Numbered from the stretch's first letter, positions 38,413 through 47,959 are shown. The stretch: 64,000 nt of DNA from Candidatus Nomurabacteria bacterium RIFCSPHIGHO2_12_FULL_42_19 (GCA_001786955.1 MFUM01000004.1:4457-68456); one strand, 5' to 3'. Numbers and translations: made by a program. Notes: a model not told the origin generated them from the letters alone.

Positions 38413-40269
38413 TTACCGCACTTGCCAACCATTATTCTCCTTGATTTTATTGGTTATTTGAGTCATAACTGCATTTATTTCCGCATCTGTAAGAGTCCTA
38501 TCAAAAGACTGGAAAACTACCCTAAAAGCATAAGAGATTTTATCGTCCTTTTTAAACTCATCAAAGAGTTCCGGGCCACGAATTGCAAGACTTCCGGCAT
38601 TATTTTTTATAATTTTTTCTACATCTTTACTTTTAACTCCCTCCGGCACCCAGACGGCAATATCGCGTGCGATAAAAGGAAACAAGGACCACATCTTAAA
38701 AGCTCCGCCTGTGTGCTTTTGCGAACGGTGACGTTGCGAAGCAGGATATTCCTGAGCAAAAGCATCAGGCGAGGCTGATTTACAAAATTCTTCAAGACTC
38801 ATTTCTTTTACTTCTTTTTTATTTCCATAAGCCACATTCATTTCTTCCCCGCTCTTTTTAAACACCGTTCCAATTTCAAAAATTTTTATTTCGTCCATCC
38901 CCAACAAAGGCACGTTGAGTTGGTTTAATTTCAAACTTTCCTTCAGTCCGTCAGTCAGATTCGTCCGCAAAAATTTTTTATCCGAAGCGCTCTGCATCAC
39001 TTCCACTTCCCCACTATTACAAAAAGTATAAGTCATTACTTCACTATATCCTTCGCCGAGCAATTTATTTCTCGCCCAGGAAATCTTCGCATAAGTTTCA
39101 TTTACTTTTGTTTTAAAATTAATTTTTGGTATTTTTCCTTTTACTTTGTCATAGCCAATAATCCTTCCGATTTCTTCTGCCATATCTTCCTCAATTACTA
39201 AATCAAGCCGCATCGGTGGCACGGTGATTACGTATTCTTCTCCCCCTGCTAAGGGGGAGTGCCCATCGGGCGAGGGGGTCTTTGTATATTCAAAGTTATA
39301 TCTTTTCAAAATATCTTCCACTTGAGACACAGAAATGTCCAAACCAAGAATTTTTGAAATTTTTTCCACCGAGAAAGAAAGCTTTCTGATCTCCTGTTTT
39401 TGGGGATAGACATCGACAATGTTTTCAAAAATAGCTTCCGGACACATTTCTAAAATAAGCGCCGATAATTCCAGCATAGCGTGCGGGCCAAGTTCCGGAG
39501 ATAAATCGTTTTCAAAGCGCTTGCGTGCGTCCGTAAATATATTCAAAGCCTGCGCGGTTTTTCTTACGGAAGTTGGATTAAAATTAGCAACTTCCAGAAT
39601 TATATCTTTTGTATTATTATCTACTTCCGCAATTTTCCCGCCCTTGATGCCAGCAATGGCTAAGACATTCTTATCGTCCGAAATGACCATATTTGAAGAT
39701 TTGAACTTTATTTCTTTATTGTCCAGGGTGGTCATCTCCTCGCCGTCTTTACCGTTTCGGACAATTATGTCGCCCTGTATTTTATCCAAATCAAAAGCAT
39801 GTGCGGGCTGACCGCAATCAAACATCACAATATTCGCCGCATCTACCACATTATTTATGCTTCTCTGCCCTATTGACTCCAGATGCTTTATGACCCATTC
39901 CGGACTGGTGCCAATTTTAATATTCTTTACAATTCTCCCCATATATCTTCTACATTTATCTGATTGGACATCAATTTTTAATTCTGCCTGCCCCGCCGGA
40001 GCCTTGGGCGCAGGCGGGGGAATTTTATACTTCGGAGCAGGATCAACATACTTTATATTTAAAAGTGAAGCGAGTTCACGCGCCACGCCCTGGTGGCTAA
40101 GTAAATCATGCGCGCGGTTTGGCAAGATTTTCAAATCAAAAATATTATCATCCCCTTTTTTCTCTAAACTCTCAACTTCACAAAGATGGTAATTAAAAAC
40201 ATCCACAAATTTTTCTGCATCAGGTGCTTCCGGTATATACCATTTGAGCCAATTGTAAGAAATCAACAT
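38413..40269 (-). CDS. pheT: Phenylalanyl-tRNA synthetase beta subunit (shortened)
   Basis: 618 aa. N-terminal MLISYNWLKWYIPE, plus B3/4 and B5 cores. Two GC-rich in-frame inserts are present. Confidence 0.9.
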   Translation of the reverse strand: MLISYNWLKWYIPEAPDAEKFVDVFNYHLCEVESLEKKGDDNIFDLKILPNRAHDLLSHQGVARELASLLNIKYVDPAPKYKIPPPAPKAPAGQAELKIDVQSDKCRRYMGRIVKNIKIGTSPEWVIKHLESIGQRSINNVVDAANIVMFDCGQPAHAFDLDKIQGDIIVRNGKDGEEMTTLDNKEIKFKSSNMVISDDKNVLAIAGIKGGKIAEVDNNTKDIILEVANFNPTSVRKTAQALNIFTDARKRFENDLSPELGPHAMLELSALILEMCPEAIFENIVDVYPQKQEIRKLSFSVEKISKILGLDISVSQVEDILKRYNFEYTKTPSPDGHSPLAGGEEYVITVPPMRLDLVIEEDMAEEIGRIIGYDKVKGKIPKINFKTKVNETYAKISWARNKLLGEGYSEVMTYTFCNSGEVEVMQSASDKKFLRTNLTDGLKESLKLNQLNVPLLGMDEIKIFEIGTVFKKSGEEMNVAYGNKKEVKEMSLEEFCKSASPDAFAQEYPASQRHRSQKHTGGAFKMWSLFPFIARDIAVWVPEGVKSKDVEKIIKNNAGSLAIRGPELFDEFKKDDKISYAFRVVFQSFDRTLTDAEINAVMTQITNKIKENNGWQVR

Positions 40270-40280
40270 AAATTAAGTTA

Positions 40281-41072
40281 TTAAAACTGATTGAGGCGTA
40301 AATCTCCCTGATAAAAAAGTCTAACATCCGGAATACCCCATTTAATCATAGCAATACGGTCCAATCCTCCGCCGAAAGCAAAACCTTGGTATTTTTTAGG
40401 GTCCAAGCCGCAATTTTTGAGTACATTTGGGTGTAAAACACCTGAACCCATCATCTCAAGCCACTTCCCTTTGAACTTGGCGAAAACTTCCAGAGATGGT
40501 TCGGTAAAAGGGAAAAAACTGGGGCGAAATTCTACCTCCACATCATCACTCAACATTTTTTTGTAAAAATGGGTTAATACGCCCTTCAAATCAGCAAGGG
40601 AAACATTTTCTCCCACCATTGCTCCGTCTATCTGATAAAATTGCATTTCGTGCGTTGCATCCGTAGCTTCGTTGCGGAAAACTTTTCCGATGGAAATAAA
40701 AGCGGCTGGCAATCTGCCGTCTTTGCCCGCTTGCTCAATCGCGCGGGCGGTTACGGTCGTCGTATGTGTTCGCAACACAGATTTTGAATTACCACCCCCT
40801 GCCCCCTCCTTATCAAGGCGGGGAGGATTCTTTTCTCCTCCTGCCTGAGGAGGAGTGCCCGAAGGACGAGGTGGTTCTTTTATCCAAAATGTATCCTGCA
40901 TATCCAGCGCCGGATGGTCTTTCGAAAAATTCAAGGCGTAAAAGTTATACCAGTCGCTCTCCAGCTCCGGCCCGGTCGCGATTTCAAAACCAAGCTCCGA
41001 AAAAGCCCGATAAGCCTCCTCGGCTAACAGAGAAAGCGGATGTATTGTGCCCTTTTTTATGTCTTCGTTCAT
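40281..41072 (-). CDS. pheS: Phenylalanyl-tRNA synthetase alpha subunit (lacks the N-terminal coiled-coil)
   Basis: 263 aa. Class II core FRPSFFPFTEPS and GFAFGGGLDRIAMIKWGIPDVRLF. Carries an 87-nt GC-rich in-frame element. Confidence 0.9.
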   Translation of the reverse strand: MNEDIKKGTIHPLSLLAEEAYRAFSELGFEIATGPELESDWYNFYALNFSKDHPALDMQDTFWIKEPPRPSGTPPQAGGEKNPPRLDKEGAGGGNSKSVLRTHTTTVTARAIEQAGKDGRLPAAFISIGKVFRNEATDATHEMQFYQIDGAMVGENVSLADLKGVLTHFYKKMLSDDVEVEFRPSFFPFTEPSLEVFAKFKGKWLEMMGSGVLHPNVLKNCGLDPKKYQGFAFGGGLDRIAMIKWGIPDVRLFYQGDLRLNQF

Positions 41073-41075
41073 TGA

Positions 41076-41297
41076 TTAATGATGCGGGTGAATGGAGCCA
41101 TCATGTCCTAATTTATATTCAACCGTTTTGCCATTAACATGAGCAGAAAAAACACCACTTTGATGATTTTCAACATGTTTAAATAATTGATCTCTTAGCT
41201 CATCACTCATGCCTGCTAGGGCAGCATACGCGTGAGGGTGATTAGTAGCGTTAATATCATGCTCACCTATTTTTAGTCTTACATTTTCGTCTGACAT
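41076..41297 (-). CDS. Hypothetical His-rich small protein
   Basis: 73 aa ORF lying 3 nt upstream of pheS. Contains HPHAYAAL...HDGSIHPHH. Confidence 0.4.
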   Translation of the reverse strand: MSDENVRLKIGEHDINATNHPHAYAALAGMSDELRDQLFKHVENHQSGVFSAHVNGKTVEYKLGHDGSIHPHH

Positions 41298-41358
41298 ATA
41301 TTTAATAAAAATTAACTTATAATAAACAGATTATACCAAAAAATACCTATTTTACCAG

Positions 41359-44256
41359 TCATTTTTTCTTATAAATTTCTGCCATCCGGCAGTATTCGCA
41401 TTCGGTATTTTTGCCGTAAGAATTGTAGCGGCACTCCCGCTCCAACCAACGTCCGTTTTTCACCGACTCATCGTAATCAGCAATATCTTTTTTTAGCAGT
41501 CTAATTTCTTTTTCGGTGATTATTCTCTCATAAAAACTTTCTTTTTCATCTTTCGCTTCTAGAAATTCTAGCCGGCTTTCACTGACACTTACTTTCCACT
41601 CGGGGCTTTGATTAATTAAAAAAGAATACATCGCAAGCTGCCGTAAATTTCCACTCATCCTTCCTTCTTCGTCAAGCTTCTCAATTTCGAACTTTTTTCT
41701 TACTCCTCCGGTCTTAAAGTCCGTCACCCGCACCTCTTTGCCGTTTAAGTTTTCAATAAGGTCGATTTTCCCGTAAATCTTCAGGTGCGGATAATCGTTG
41801 TCTTTTATGGCAATGCTTTCTTCGGTCTTGCGGCTGAATTTTATTTCTTTCAGGCGGTTCTCTGTCCAGGATAAAACTACGCTTAAAATTTCTTTTCCTA
41901 TTCGCATACGTTCTCTGGAATCTTCAAACTCCCGCTTCAAAACCTCTTCGGTAACGATATCCTCGACTTCGCCCGGAGTTGGAATATTTTTCATCTTCAA
42001 AATCCTGTCTATTGACGCATGGACGGCAATACCGAATTCCAAAACTTCAATTTTATCTTTAGGCAGCTGCAATAAATTTTCAAAATACCATTTCCACGGG
42101 CATTCAAAGAAATTATTAAGCAACGAGACAGAAACATACCTGTCTTTGTATTTGTCTTTCACCAGCTTCGCCAGATGTGAAAGGTTCGTATTTTTATGAA
42201 TTTTTTTCTTTAGGGCCTGAGCCTTCTCTTTTTTAAAGACTTGGGGAGGCAAATCCGCTATAACCCTAGCAAGCTCCTGACTTCCTCCTTTCAAAGATTC
42301 TTTGGAATAAGAAAGGGTGCAGAATCTTTTGGCCCGGGTTATGGCCACATAGAGTTTGCGTTTTATGGCATCTATGTCTCGTTCTTCAACCCCCTCCGCT
42401 ATACTCTCGGATAATGTAAAGCCCATATGCCTGCCACCCACCAGTGATTTCTCATCCATGTGCGCAATCCAAACATAATCGAATTCCAACCCCTTCGAAG
42501 AATGCATAGTAAGAACTTTCACCCCCTCAGAAGAAGTAGTGAGAATTGGTATATGTTCATTATAAAATTCCAATTTTTCCAAATACGAAACGAACTGTGT
42601 GAATGTGATGTTGGGATTCTTTTCTTCTTCCCGAATCAAAAGTCCTAAAACGGTATCTAAAATTTCTTTGCCTGAAATAATTTTTTTCTCCCTGTTTTCG
42701 TTCTCAAATAGTTCTTGTCCGATTATTTGAATTAATGATTTCAAATCATTATCTTTAGAATCATCTTTCCATTTAATAAGTTCCCTAATCCACTTCTCTA
42801 CATTATTGTCAGCGGAAAAAAGAGTCGGAACTTTTTCGGAGATTTTTTCGAAAGAAAATTCTCGCATATTTTGAGAAACTATAAAAGCATGAGCCGAAAG
42901 TGGTTCGATGCCTGATATCTTGTCAAAAAAAGACAGGGCTAGAGACGTAATATCTCCATTATTAATTATTTTCAAAACTCGGATGAGTGCCTGCGTTTCC
43001 TCCTGGTCGAAAAGGCTTAGAGCTTCAAGGGTTCCGACTGGCACTCCCCCTTCATGTAATAATTCAAGTGCTCTGCGGACTTGTCTGTTCTTTGGCACCA
43101 GTATCGCGCAATCGTTAGAGTTTATCCCCTTTTTTATTTTTTCTTTTATATCAATTAAGGCGGCATAAATTTCCTCTTCCGGATTATCGGCCTCAAATAG
43201 TCTTATTATATGTTTTTCTTTATTTTGGCTTTTCAGTTTCTGGTCGGATAATACACTTTGCAGGAGTGCATGAGAAGCATCCAAGATCACCTGCGTAGAG
43301 CGATAATTGTCTACCAAGGTGATAAGCTTGGCGTCCGGAAATGTCTTCTTGAAACCGGCAAAGTATTCTATCGAAGCTCCGCTAAATCCATAAATGAGCT
43401 GCCTATCGTCGCCGACCACAAAAATGTCCGGCCTTTCAACAGCAGCCCAAACGCTGGTTAAAAATTCATTTTGCACGCGGGAAGAATCCTGATGCTCGTC
43501 TATGAGAATATACAAATATCTTTCTCGGATGAGTGAAGCGGCTTCATTGGAAACTTCCACAATCTTTAACAGAGATTCCAAAATGTCGTCATAATCCAAC
43601 ACATTTTTTTCCTTCTTTTTTTTCTCATATAAATCAATAAATATAATAACCTCCTTGGTCCGTTCCAGGCTTTCACTTCTTTTGGCGTCTTTTTTAAATT
43701 TGCTTTCGCCCAAATCTGCAACTTCTTTATCGATGCTCTTTGAAAATTCTTTGAGTGTTATACGCCCCCTTTTTAAAAGTGAGATGAGAGACTTTAGGTC
43801 TTGAAAATACCGCATAGGATTACCCCGCGGGCGAAGGTATTCCCAATCATTGTCCCGTAATATTTGGTCGAAAAATATCGCCCGGTCGGTGTCTTCCAAA
43901 AGTTTCGGCGCTGCCGTGAGCCTAAGAACCTTAAAATGTTCTTCTATTATTTTCATACCAAAGCTATGGAAGGTAAAAATATTTACTTTTTCTCCCGATT
44001 TACCGATATAACGATTCAAGCGCTCTTTCATGGCATCCACTCCGGAATTTGTAAAAGTGAGACATAAAATCCCGTCTGCCTTGATGTCGGTTTTCTGTAA
44101 GATATTAGCAATGCGAAGCGCCAGAATCTGCGTTTTGCCCGTCCCGGGGCCTGCCACCACCATTACCGGACCGTCTATAGTGTCCACGGCCTCTTTTTGA
44201 GCCTTGTTTAGATTTTTATATTTCTCGCCAAAAACATCACTATCGCCCATAGACAC
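41359..44256 (-). CDS. UvrD/PcrA-family SF1 helicase fused to a C-terminal PD-(D/E)xK nuclease domain with 4 Cys (AddA/AddB-like single-chain helicase-nuclease)
   Basis: 965 aa. Walker A AGPGTGKTQ. Helicase motifs DEHQDSS and VTRAK. The C-terminus has VTDFKTGG and the cysteines CPWKWY...CRYNSYGKNTECEYC. Confidence 0.8.
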   Translation of the reverse strand: MSMGDSDVFGEKYKNLNKAQKEAVDTIDGPVMVVAGPGTGKTQILALRIANILQKTDIKADGILCLTFTNSGVDAMKERLNRYIGKSGEKVNIFTFHSFGMKIIEEHFKVLRLTAAPKLLEDTDRAIFFDQILRDNDWEYLRPRGNPMRYFQDLKSLISLLKRGRITLKEFSKSIDKEVADLGESKFKKDAKRSESLERTKEVIIFIDLYEKKKKEKNVLDYDDILESLLKIVEVSNEAASLIRERYLYILIDEHQDSSRVQNEFLTSVWAAVERPDIFVVGDDRQLIYGFSGASIEYFAGFKKTFPDAKLITLVDNYRSTQVILDASHALLQSVLSDQKLKSQNKEKHIIRLFEADNPEEEIYAALIDIKEKIKKGINSNDCAILVPKNRQVRRALELLHEGGVPVGTLEALSLFDQEETQALIRVLKIINNGDITSLALSFFDKISGIEPLSAHAFIVSQNMREFSFEKISEKVPTLFSADNNVEKWIRELIKWKDDSKDNDLKSLIQIIGQELFENENREKKIISGKEILDTVLGLLIREEEKNPNITFTQFVSYLEKLEFYNEHIPILTTSSEGVKVLTMHSSKGLEFDYVWIAHMDEKSLVGGRHMGFTLSESIAEGVEERDIDAIKRKLYVAITRAKRFCTLSYSKESLKGGSQELARVIADLPPQVFKKEKAQALKKKIHKNTNLSHLAKLVKDKYKDRYVSVSLLNNFFECPWKWYFENLLQLPKDKIEVLEFGIAVHASIDRILKMKNIPTPGEVEDIVTEEVLKREFEDSRERMRIGKEILSVVLSWTENRLKEIKFSRKTEESIAIKDNDYPHLKIYGKIDLIENLNGKEVRVTDFKTGGVRKKFEIEKLDEEGRMSGNLRQLAMYSFLINQSPEWKVSVSESRLEFLEAKDEKESFYERIITEKEIRLLKKDIADYDESVKNGRWLERECRYNSYGKNTECEYCRMAEIYKKK

Positions 44257-44366
44257 ATTTTAACACCTTAAGAGACTTTCTCCATCTGCATTATATAACC
44301 AAATTATGTGTCAAATAAACGGTAAAATGCTTTCTTTTTATTGGAAATAATGTAAATTAGAGACAA

Positions 44367-44425
44367 GGAGGATTCGCATAGCGGTCTAGTGCCGAAGGAA
44401 ATATAGACTTGGAAAGCGCTTTTTT
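44367..44425 (+). pseudogene. Degenerate copy of the 5' half of tRNA-Ser(GGA), a tRNA fragment
   Basis: GGAGGATTCGCATAGCGGTCTAGTGCC...CTTGGAAAGCGC aligns with tRNA positions 1 to about 45 of the gene at 44452. It has a 13-nt insertion and no 3' half. Confidence 0.55.
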
Positions 44426-44451
44426 GTTTGTTAGTATTTGAATTGAAAAAT

Positions 44452-44536
44452 GGAGGGTTCGCATAGCGGTCTAGTGCGCACGCTTGGAAAGCGTGTGTGG
44501 AGCAATCCACCAGGAGTTCGAATCTCCTACCCTCCG
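44452..44536 (+). tRNA. tRNA-Ser (anticodon GGA), type II with a long variable arm
   Basis: Acceptor GGAGGGT/ACCCTCC. Anticodon stem CACGC/GCGTG with loop TTGGAAA. Variable stem GTGGA/TCCAC. T-arm AGGAG-TTCGAAT-CTCCT. G73. Confidence 0.85.
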
Positions 44537-44561
44537 CCTTCGATTGCCGAAAATAATTTAT

Positions 44562-44783
44562 TTAGGCGGGGATATCTATTCGCTCTGATCGGTCTTCTTG
44601 ATCGGCTTTTTGTCTGGCACGAACAACTTCTTCCATGTGAGTAAGTTCCGTCCTGGCCTGCGTTTCATTTTTGCCTTGCGTCATAAGTTTTTTCATCTCT
44701 TCCTCCCATTCTTCCGGAAGATATTTAAAGCCAGAACCTTGATAACCCGAATTATTTAAATTTTTTGGTTTTTCTATTTTCAT
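44562..44783 (-). CDS. Hypothetical charged small protein
   Basis: 73 aa ORF only. Confidence 0.3.
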   Translation of the reverse strand: MKIEKPKNLNNSGYQGSGFKYLPEEWEEEMKKLMTQGKNETQARTELTHMEEVVRARQKADQEDRSERIDIPA

Positions 44784-44818
44784 AAATTTATTTACTTTTT
44801 ACACCTCTAATAAAGGCA

Positions 44819-47014
44819 TTATAACATACTTAAAAATTCTTTCTCGCTTAATATTTTTACACCCAGCTTTTCGGCAACTTTAAGCTTGGAGCCCGGGTCC
44901 GCTCCGGCTACGATATAGGAAGTATTTTTTGAGACGGAACCCGCGACTTTCCCTCCGAGAGCCAGGATTCTTTCTTTAGCAATTTCTCGGGACATTTGGG
45001 AAAGCGTCCCGGTCAAAACGAAATGTAATTCGGTAAATTTGTCGGCTTTCTTTTTTTCCGCTCTTTCCACGATTACGCCATTTCTTTGCAATTTTTTTAT
45101 GAAATTCAAATTATTTTTATTATTAAAAAAATCATAAACGCTTTTTGATACAGCCGGGCCGATGTTTTCTATACTATCTATCTCAGCAAGGACTCCCCTT
45201 GCTGAAGTTATTAATTTTTCCAGAGTGCCAAAGTGTAGCGCTAAATCTCTTGCTGTTTCCTCCCCCACATGCAGGATTCCGAGCGCCCACAGAAAGCGTG
45301 AAAAAGGGATTTTCTTTTTATTTTTTATTTCATTGATTATGTTTTCCGCCGATTTTTCCCCAAAGCGTTCCAGGAGCGCTATATCTTCTTTTTTAAGGGT
45401 GAAAATGTCGGCTGCGTCGGTAATGAGCCCTTCGTCCTTGAATCTTCTCAGTATTTTCGGGCCTAATTCATAAATTTCAAAGACAGAAACAAAATGCTCT
45501 AAATACCTTTCGTTTTTTGCCGGGCATTTAGGATTGCTGCAATAATGAGCGACAGAGATATTCTCCAGCTCGCAAGATTTCTGAGTCGCGTAAGTCCCAC
45601 CCGGTACCCCGGGAAGGGTCAAGCGCGAAGAAATCTCGTGAGCCGAAGAATCCCCCATCTTTTTCTTCCTAACTTTTCCTCCGCAGGCCGGGCATTTGTC
45701 CGGCATTTTGAATTTTTTTTCTTTGCCTGTCCGCATCCGAATCAGCACCTCCACTACTTTCGGTATCACATCGCCGGCTTTTTCTATCACGACCGTATCC
45801 CCGATACGCAAATCAAGGCGCTCTATCTGGTCCATATTATGGAGAGTAGCCTTGGACACCCGGGAACCCGCCACCAGCGTCGGCTCAAAAAGAGCGAGCG
45901 GTGTCAATACACCGGTACGCCCGACATTTACCTTTATATCCTTTACTATTGTTGTCGCTCTTTCCGCCGGATATTTGAATGCCACCATAAAGCGCGGCGC
46001 CTTGCCGACCACCCCTAGTGTCTCCTGTAATTTCAAATCGTCCACCGAGACAACGACGCCGTCCGTGCCGTAGAGAAAATCGGGCCTGATTTTTTCAAAT
46101 TTCTTTATGAAAGTAAACACTTCATTCATATTAGCGCACAGAGCCTCCAATTTCTCAACTTTAAATCCAATCCTGCGGAGCATTTGATGTTTTTCGGAGT
46201 GGGTTTGCATAGCCGAATCATGAATTTTCTGAGTCGCGTAAGTCCCACCCCGTACTCGGGGAAGGGTCAAGCGCGAAGAAAATTCATGATTCGGCGTAGC
46301 CTCGGCTATATCGTAAGCAAAAAAATCCAATTCCCTTTTGGCGGCTAATTTTGGATCCAGCTGCCGCAAACTTCCTGCCGCGGCATTTCGGGTATTGGCA
46401 AAAAGGGGTTTTCCTTTTTTCTCATTTTCTTTATTCAATTTAACGAGCATTTCTTTGCTCAAAAGCGCTTCTCCGCGGATTTCCAGGTGCGGAAGGTATG
46501 GTTTTTGGAGAAGAAGTGGAATTGAATGTATGGTTTTGAGATTTTGGGTTATGTCTTCCCCAATTAATCCGTCTCCTCTCGTTGCGCCGCGCATAAACTT
46601 GCCATTTTCATAAACAAGCGAAACTGCCAACCCGTCAAACTTGACTTCGCAAAAATAATTAAATTTCGCGCGCGCAGGTAAAAGCTTTTTGATTCTTGTT
46701 TCCCACTCATATAATTCTGTCTCACTAAAAGCATCATTAAGAGAAAGCATGCGGGTTTTGTGCTGAACTTTTACAAATTTATTAAGCGGTTTGCCGGCTA
46801 CTCTGTTTTCCGGAGCATTTAAATCGTTAAATTCGGGGTATTTTTTCAAAAGCTCTTTAAGCTCGTGAGTGAGAGAATCGTAAACATCGTCGGTTACACC
46901 GGGGGCGTTTTGGGTATGATATAAATCACGCAAACGCGCGATTTCTTTTCGTAATTTTTTTACCCGCTTGGATTCGGCGAGGCTGGTTCTTTTTTTATCT
47001 TCCACCTCTTTCAT
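44819..47014 (-). CDS. ligA: NAD-dependent DNA ligase
   Basis: 731 aa. Adenylation domain (KFDGLAVSL), OB fold, Zn finger, HhH and BRCT. It contains two in-frame copies of a TIR-flanked repeat element. Confidence 0.92.
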   Translation of the reverse strand: MKEVEDKKRTSLAESKRVKKLRKEIARLRDLYHTQNAPGVTDDVYDSLTHELKELLKKYPEFNDLNAPENRVAGKPLNKFVKVQHKTRMLSLNDAFSETELYEWETRIKKLLPARAKFNYFCEVKFDGLAVSLVYENGKFMRGATRGDGLIGEDITQNLKTIHSIPLLLQKPYLPHLEIRGEALLSKEMLVKLNKENEKKGKPLFANTRNAAAGSLRQLDPKLAAKRELDFFAYDIAEATPNHEFSSRLTLPRVRGGTYATQKIHDSAMQTHSEKHQMLRRIGFKVEKLEALCANMNEVFTFIKKFEKIRPDFLYGTDGVVVSVDDLKLQETLGVVGKAPRFMVAFKYPAERATTIVKDIKVNVGRTGVLTPLALFEPTLVAGSRVSKATLHNMDQIERLDLRIGDTVVIEKAGDVIPKVVEVLIRMRTGKEKKFKMPDKCPACGGKVRKKKMGDSSAHEISSRLTLPGVPGGTYATQKSCELENISVAHYCSNPKCPAKNERYLEHFVSVFEIYELGPKILRRFKDEGLITDAADIFTLKKEDIALLERFGEKSAENIINEIKNKKKIPFSRFLWALGILHVGEETARDLALHFGTLEKLITSARGVLAEIDSIENIGPAVSKSVYDFFNNKNNLNFIKKLQRNGVIVERAEKKKADKFTELHFVLTGTLSQMSREIAKERILALGGKVAGSVSKNTSYIVAGADPGSKLKVAEKLGVKILSEKEFLSML
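45568..45643. repeat. ligA in-frame repeat element, copy 2 (imperfect TIR GCTCGCAAGATTTC / GAAATCTCGTGAGC plus a conserved structured core)
   Basis: Core TGAGTCGCGTAAGTCCCACCCGGTACCCCGGGAAGGGTCAAGCGCGAAG. It encodes SSRLTLPGVPGGTYATQK inside the ligase Zn finger, between the two Cys pairs. Confidence 0.7.
46212..46295. repeat. ligA in-frame repeat element, copy 1 (17-nt perfect TIR GCCGAATCATGAATTTT / AAAATTCATGATTCGGC plus the same core)
   Basis: The core differs from copy 2 at three positions. Two of them are compensatory within the stem CCCCG-TACT-CGGGG versus CCCGG-TACC-CCGGG. It encodes SSRLTLPRVRGGTYATQK in the adenylation-domain region. Confidence 0.7.
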
Positions 47015-47017
47015 ATA

Positions 47018-47509
47018 TTAATAAGATACTCTGATTTCACGTTCAATGCGATTCGGATTAGAGGGTAAACATCCGGAATCGCCAATATTATATCCCTTTG
47101 AGGTAACTGTCGTGATTATTGACGGTGCTTTAGTGATATTATCTTTAAAAACAGTCACATTGGCACAACCAAGCTCGCTATTACCCAGTCTGGAAACGAC
47201 AAAATTCCAGGATGGGAAAATGCCATTCAGGGTAATATTGCCACCGAGACACTGCACTGTGCCTGATCCTCCGCTCTGCACGAAAGAATTACTGGAAGGT
47301 TTGTCATTGTTGAGTGCGCATTCGGCGCCGGTATCAGCGGCAAAAAAAGCTTCATTGGTGTCTTTGGCGGAAGTGCCAAATCTGATTTCTTTCAAAGCAA
47401 TATTAGCAACACCCAGAGCGATGGCTAAAAGAATACTTGAAAGAGTAACTGCAAAAAGTATTACAAATCCCCTATTTTTTTTTATTTTTTTTATAATCAT
47501 TGCGTCCAA
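47018..47509 (-). CDS. Type IV pilus minor pilin / pseudopilin (PilX-like)
   Basis: 163 aa. Hydrophobic prepilin-like N-terminus GFVILFAVTLSSILLAIALG, beta-rich C-terminus with Cys. Confidence 0.6.
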   Translation of the reverse strand: MDAMIIKKIKKNRGFVILFAVTLSSILLAIALGVANIALKEIRFGTSAKDTNEAFFAADTGAECALNNDKPSSNSFVQSGGSGTVQCLGGNITLNGIFPSWNFVVSRLGNSELGCANVTVFKDNITKAPSIITTVTSKGYNIGDSGCLPSNPNRIEREIRVSY

Positions 47510-47955
47510 TTAAATAAATTTTCTGAAAAAGTTATGCTGTAATTCCCTGAACCTTGAGTCCAGGAAACGGTTGAGAAAATTTTAACTTCCTCCGAATTTA
47601 CTATAGTTTTTTGAATTGTGCGGCTAAAACTAGAATCGGCAGGAGAGGAAGGAGTTATGTCGGCTATGTTGGCATCTCTGAAATTACTCCAATTTTTTCC
47701 TGTCGTTTCGGTATATAAAACATAAGTGTCACGCACATTCCTGGCATACTCGATGCCTTCTTGGGTCAAATAGGCGGCAATTATTTTCTTTTTGGCATAA
47801 TTGGTATCGGCAATTCCCTGAGACAAAATTATCAGCAGGCCTAAAATTGACACGGAGAAAATGGAAACAGCAACAAGCGTCTCTATTAAAGTGAATCCCC
47901 TCGGCAAGTTTGGAACTTTTTGATTTTTATTTTTTTGTTTAAAAAAATTTCTCAT
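47497..47955 (-). CDS. Type IV pilus minor pilin (class III signal RGFTLIETLVAV)
   Basis: 152 aa with the canonical G/FTLIE prepilin cleavage and methylation motif. Confidence 0.8.
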   Translation of the reverse strand: MRNFFKQKNKNQKVPNLPRGFTLIETLVAVSIFSVSILGLLIILSQGIADTNYAKKKIIAAYLTQEGIEYARNVRDTYVLYTETTGKNWSNFRDANIADITPSSPADSSFSRTIQKTIVNSEEVKIFSTVSWTQGSGNYSITFSENLFNWTQ

Positions 47956-47959
47956 AATT

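Noticed and set aside
44304-44510. 68-aa minus-strand ORF
   Set aside because: It overlaps the tRNA-Ser(GGA) gene and its upstream pseudo-copy. A spurious ORF across tRNA sequence.
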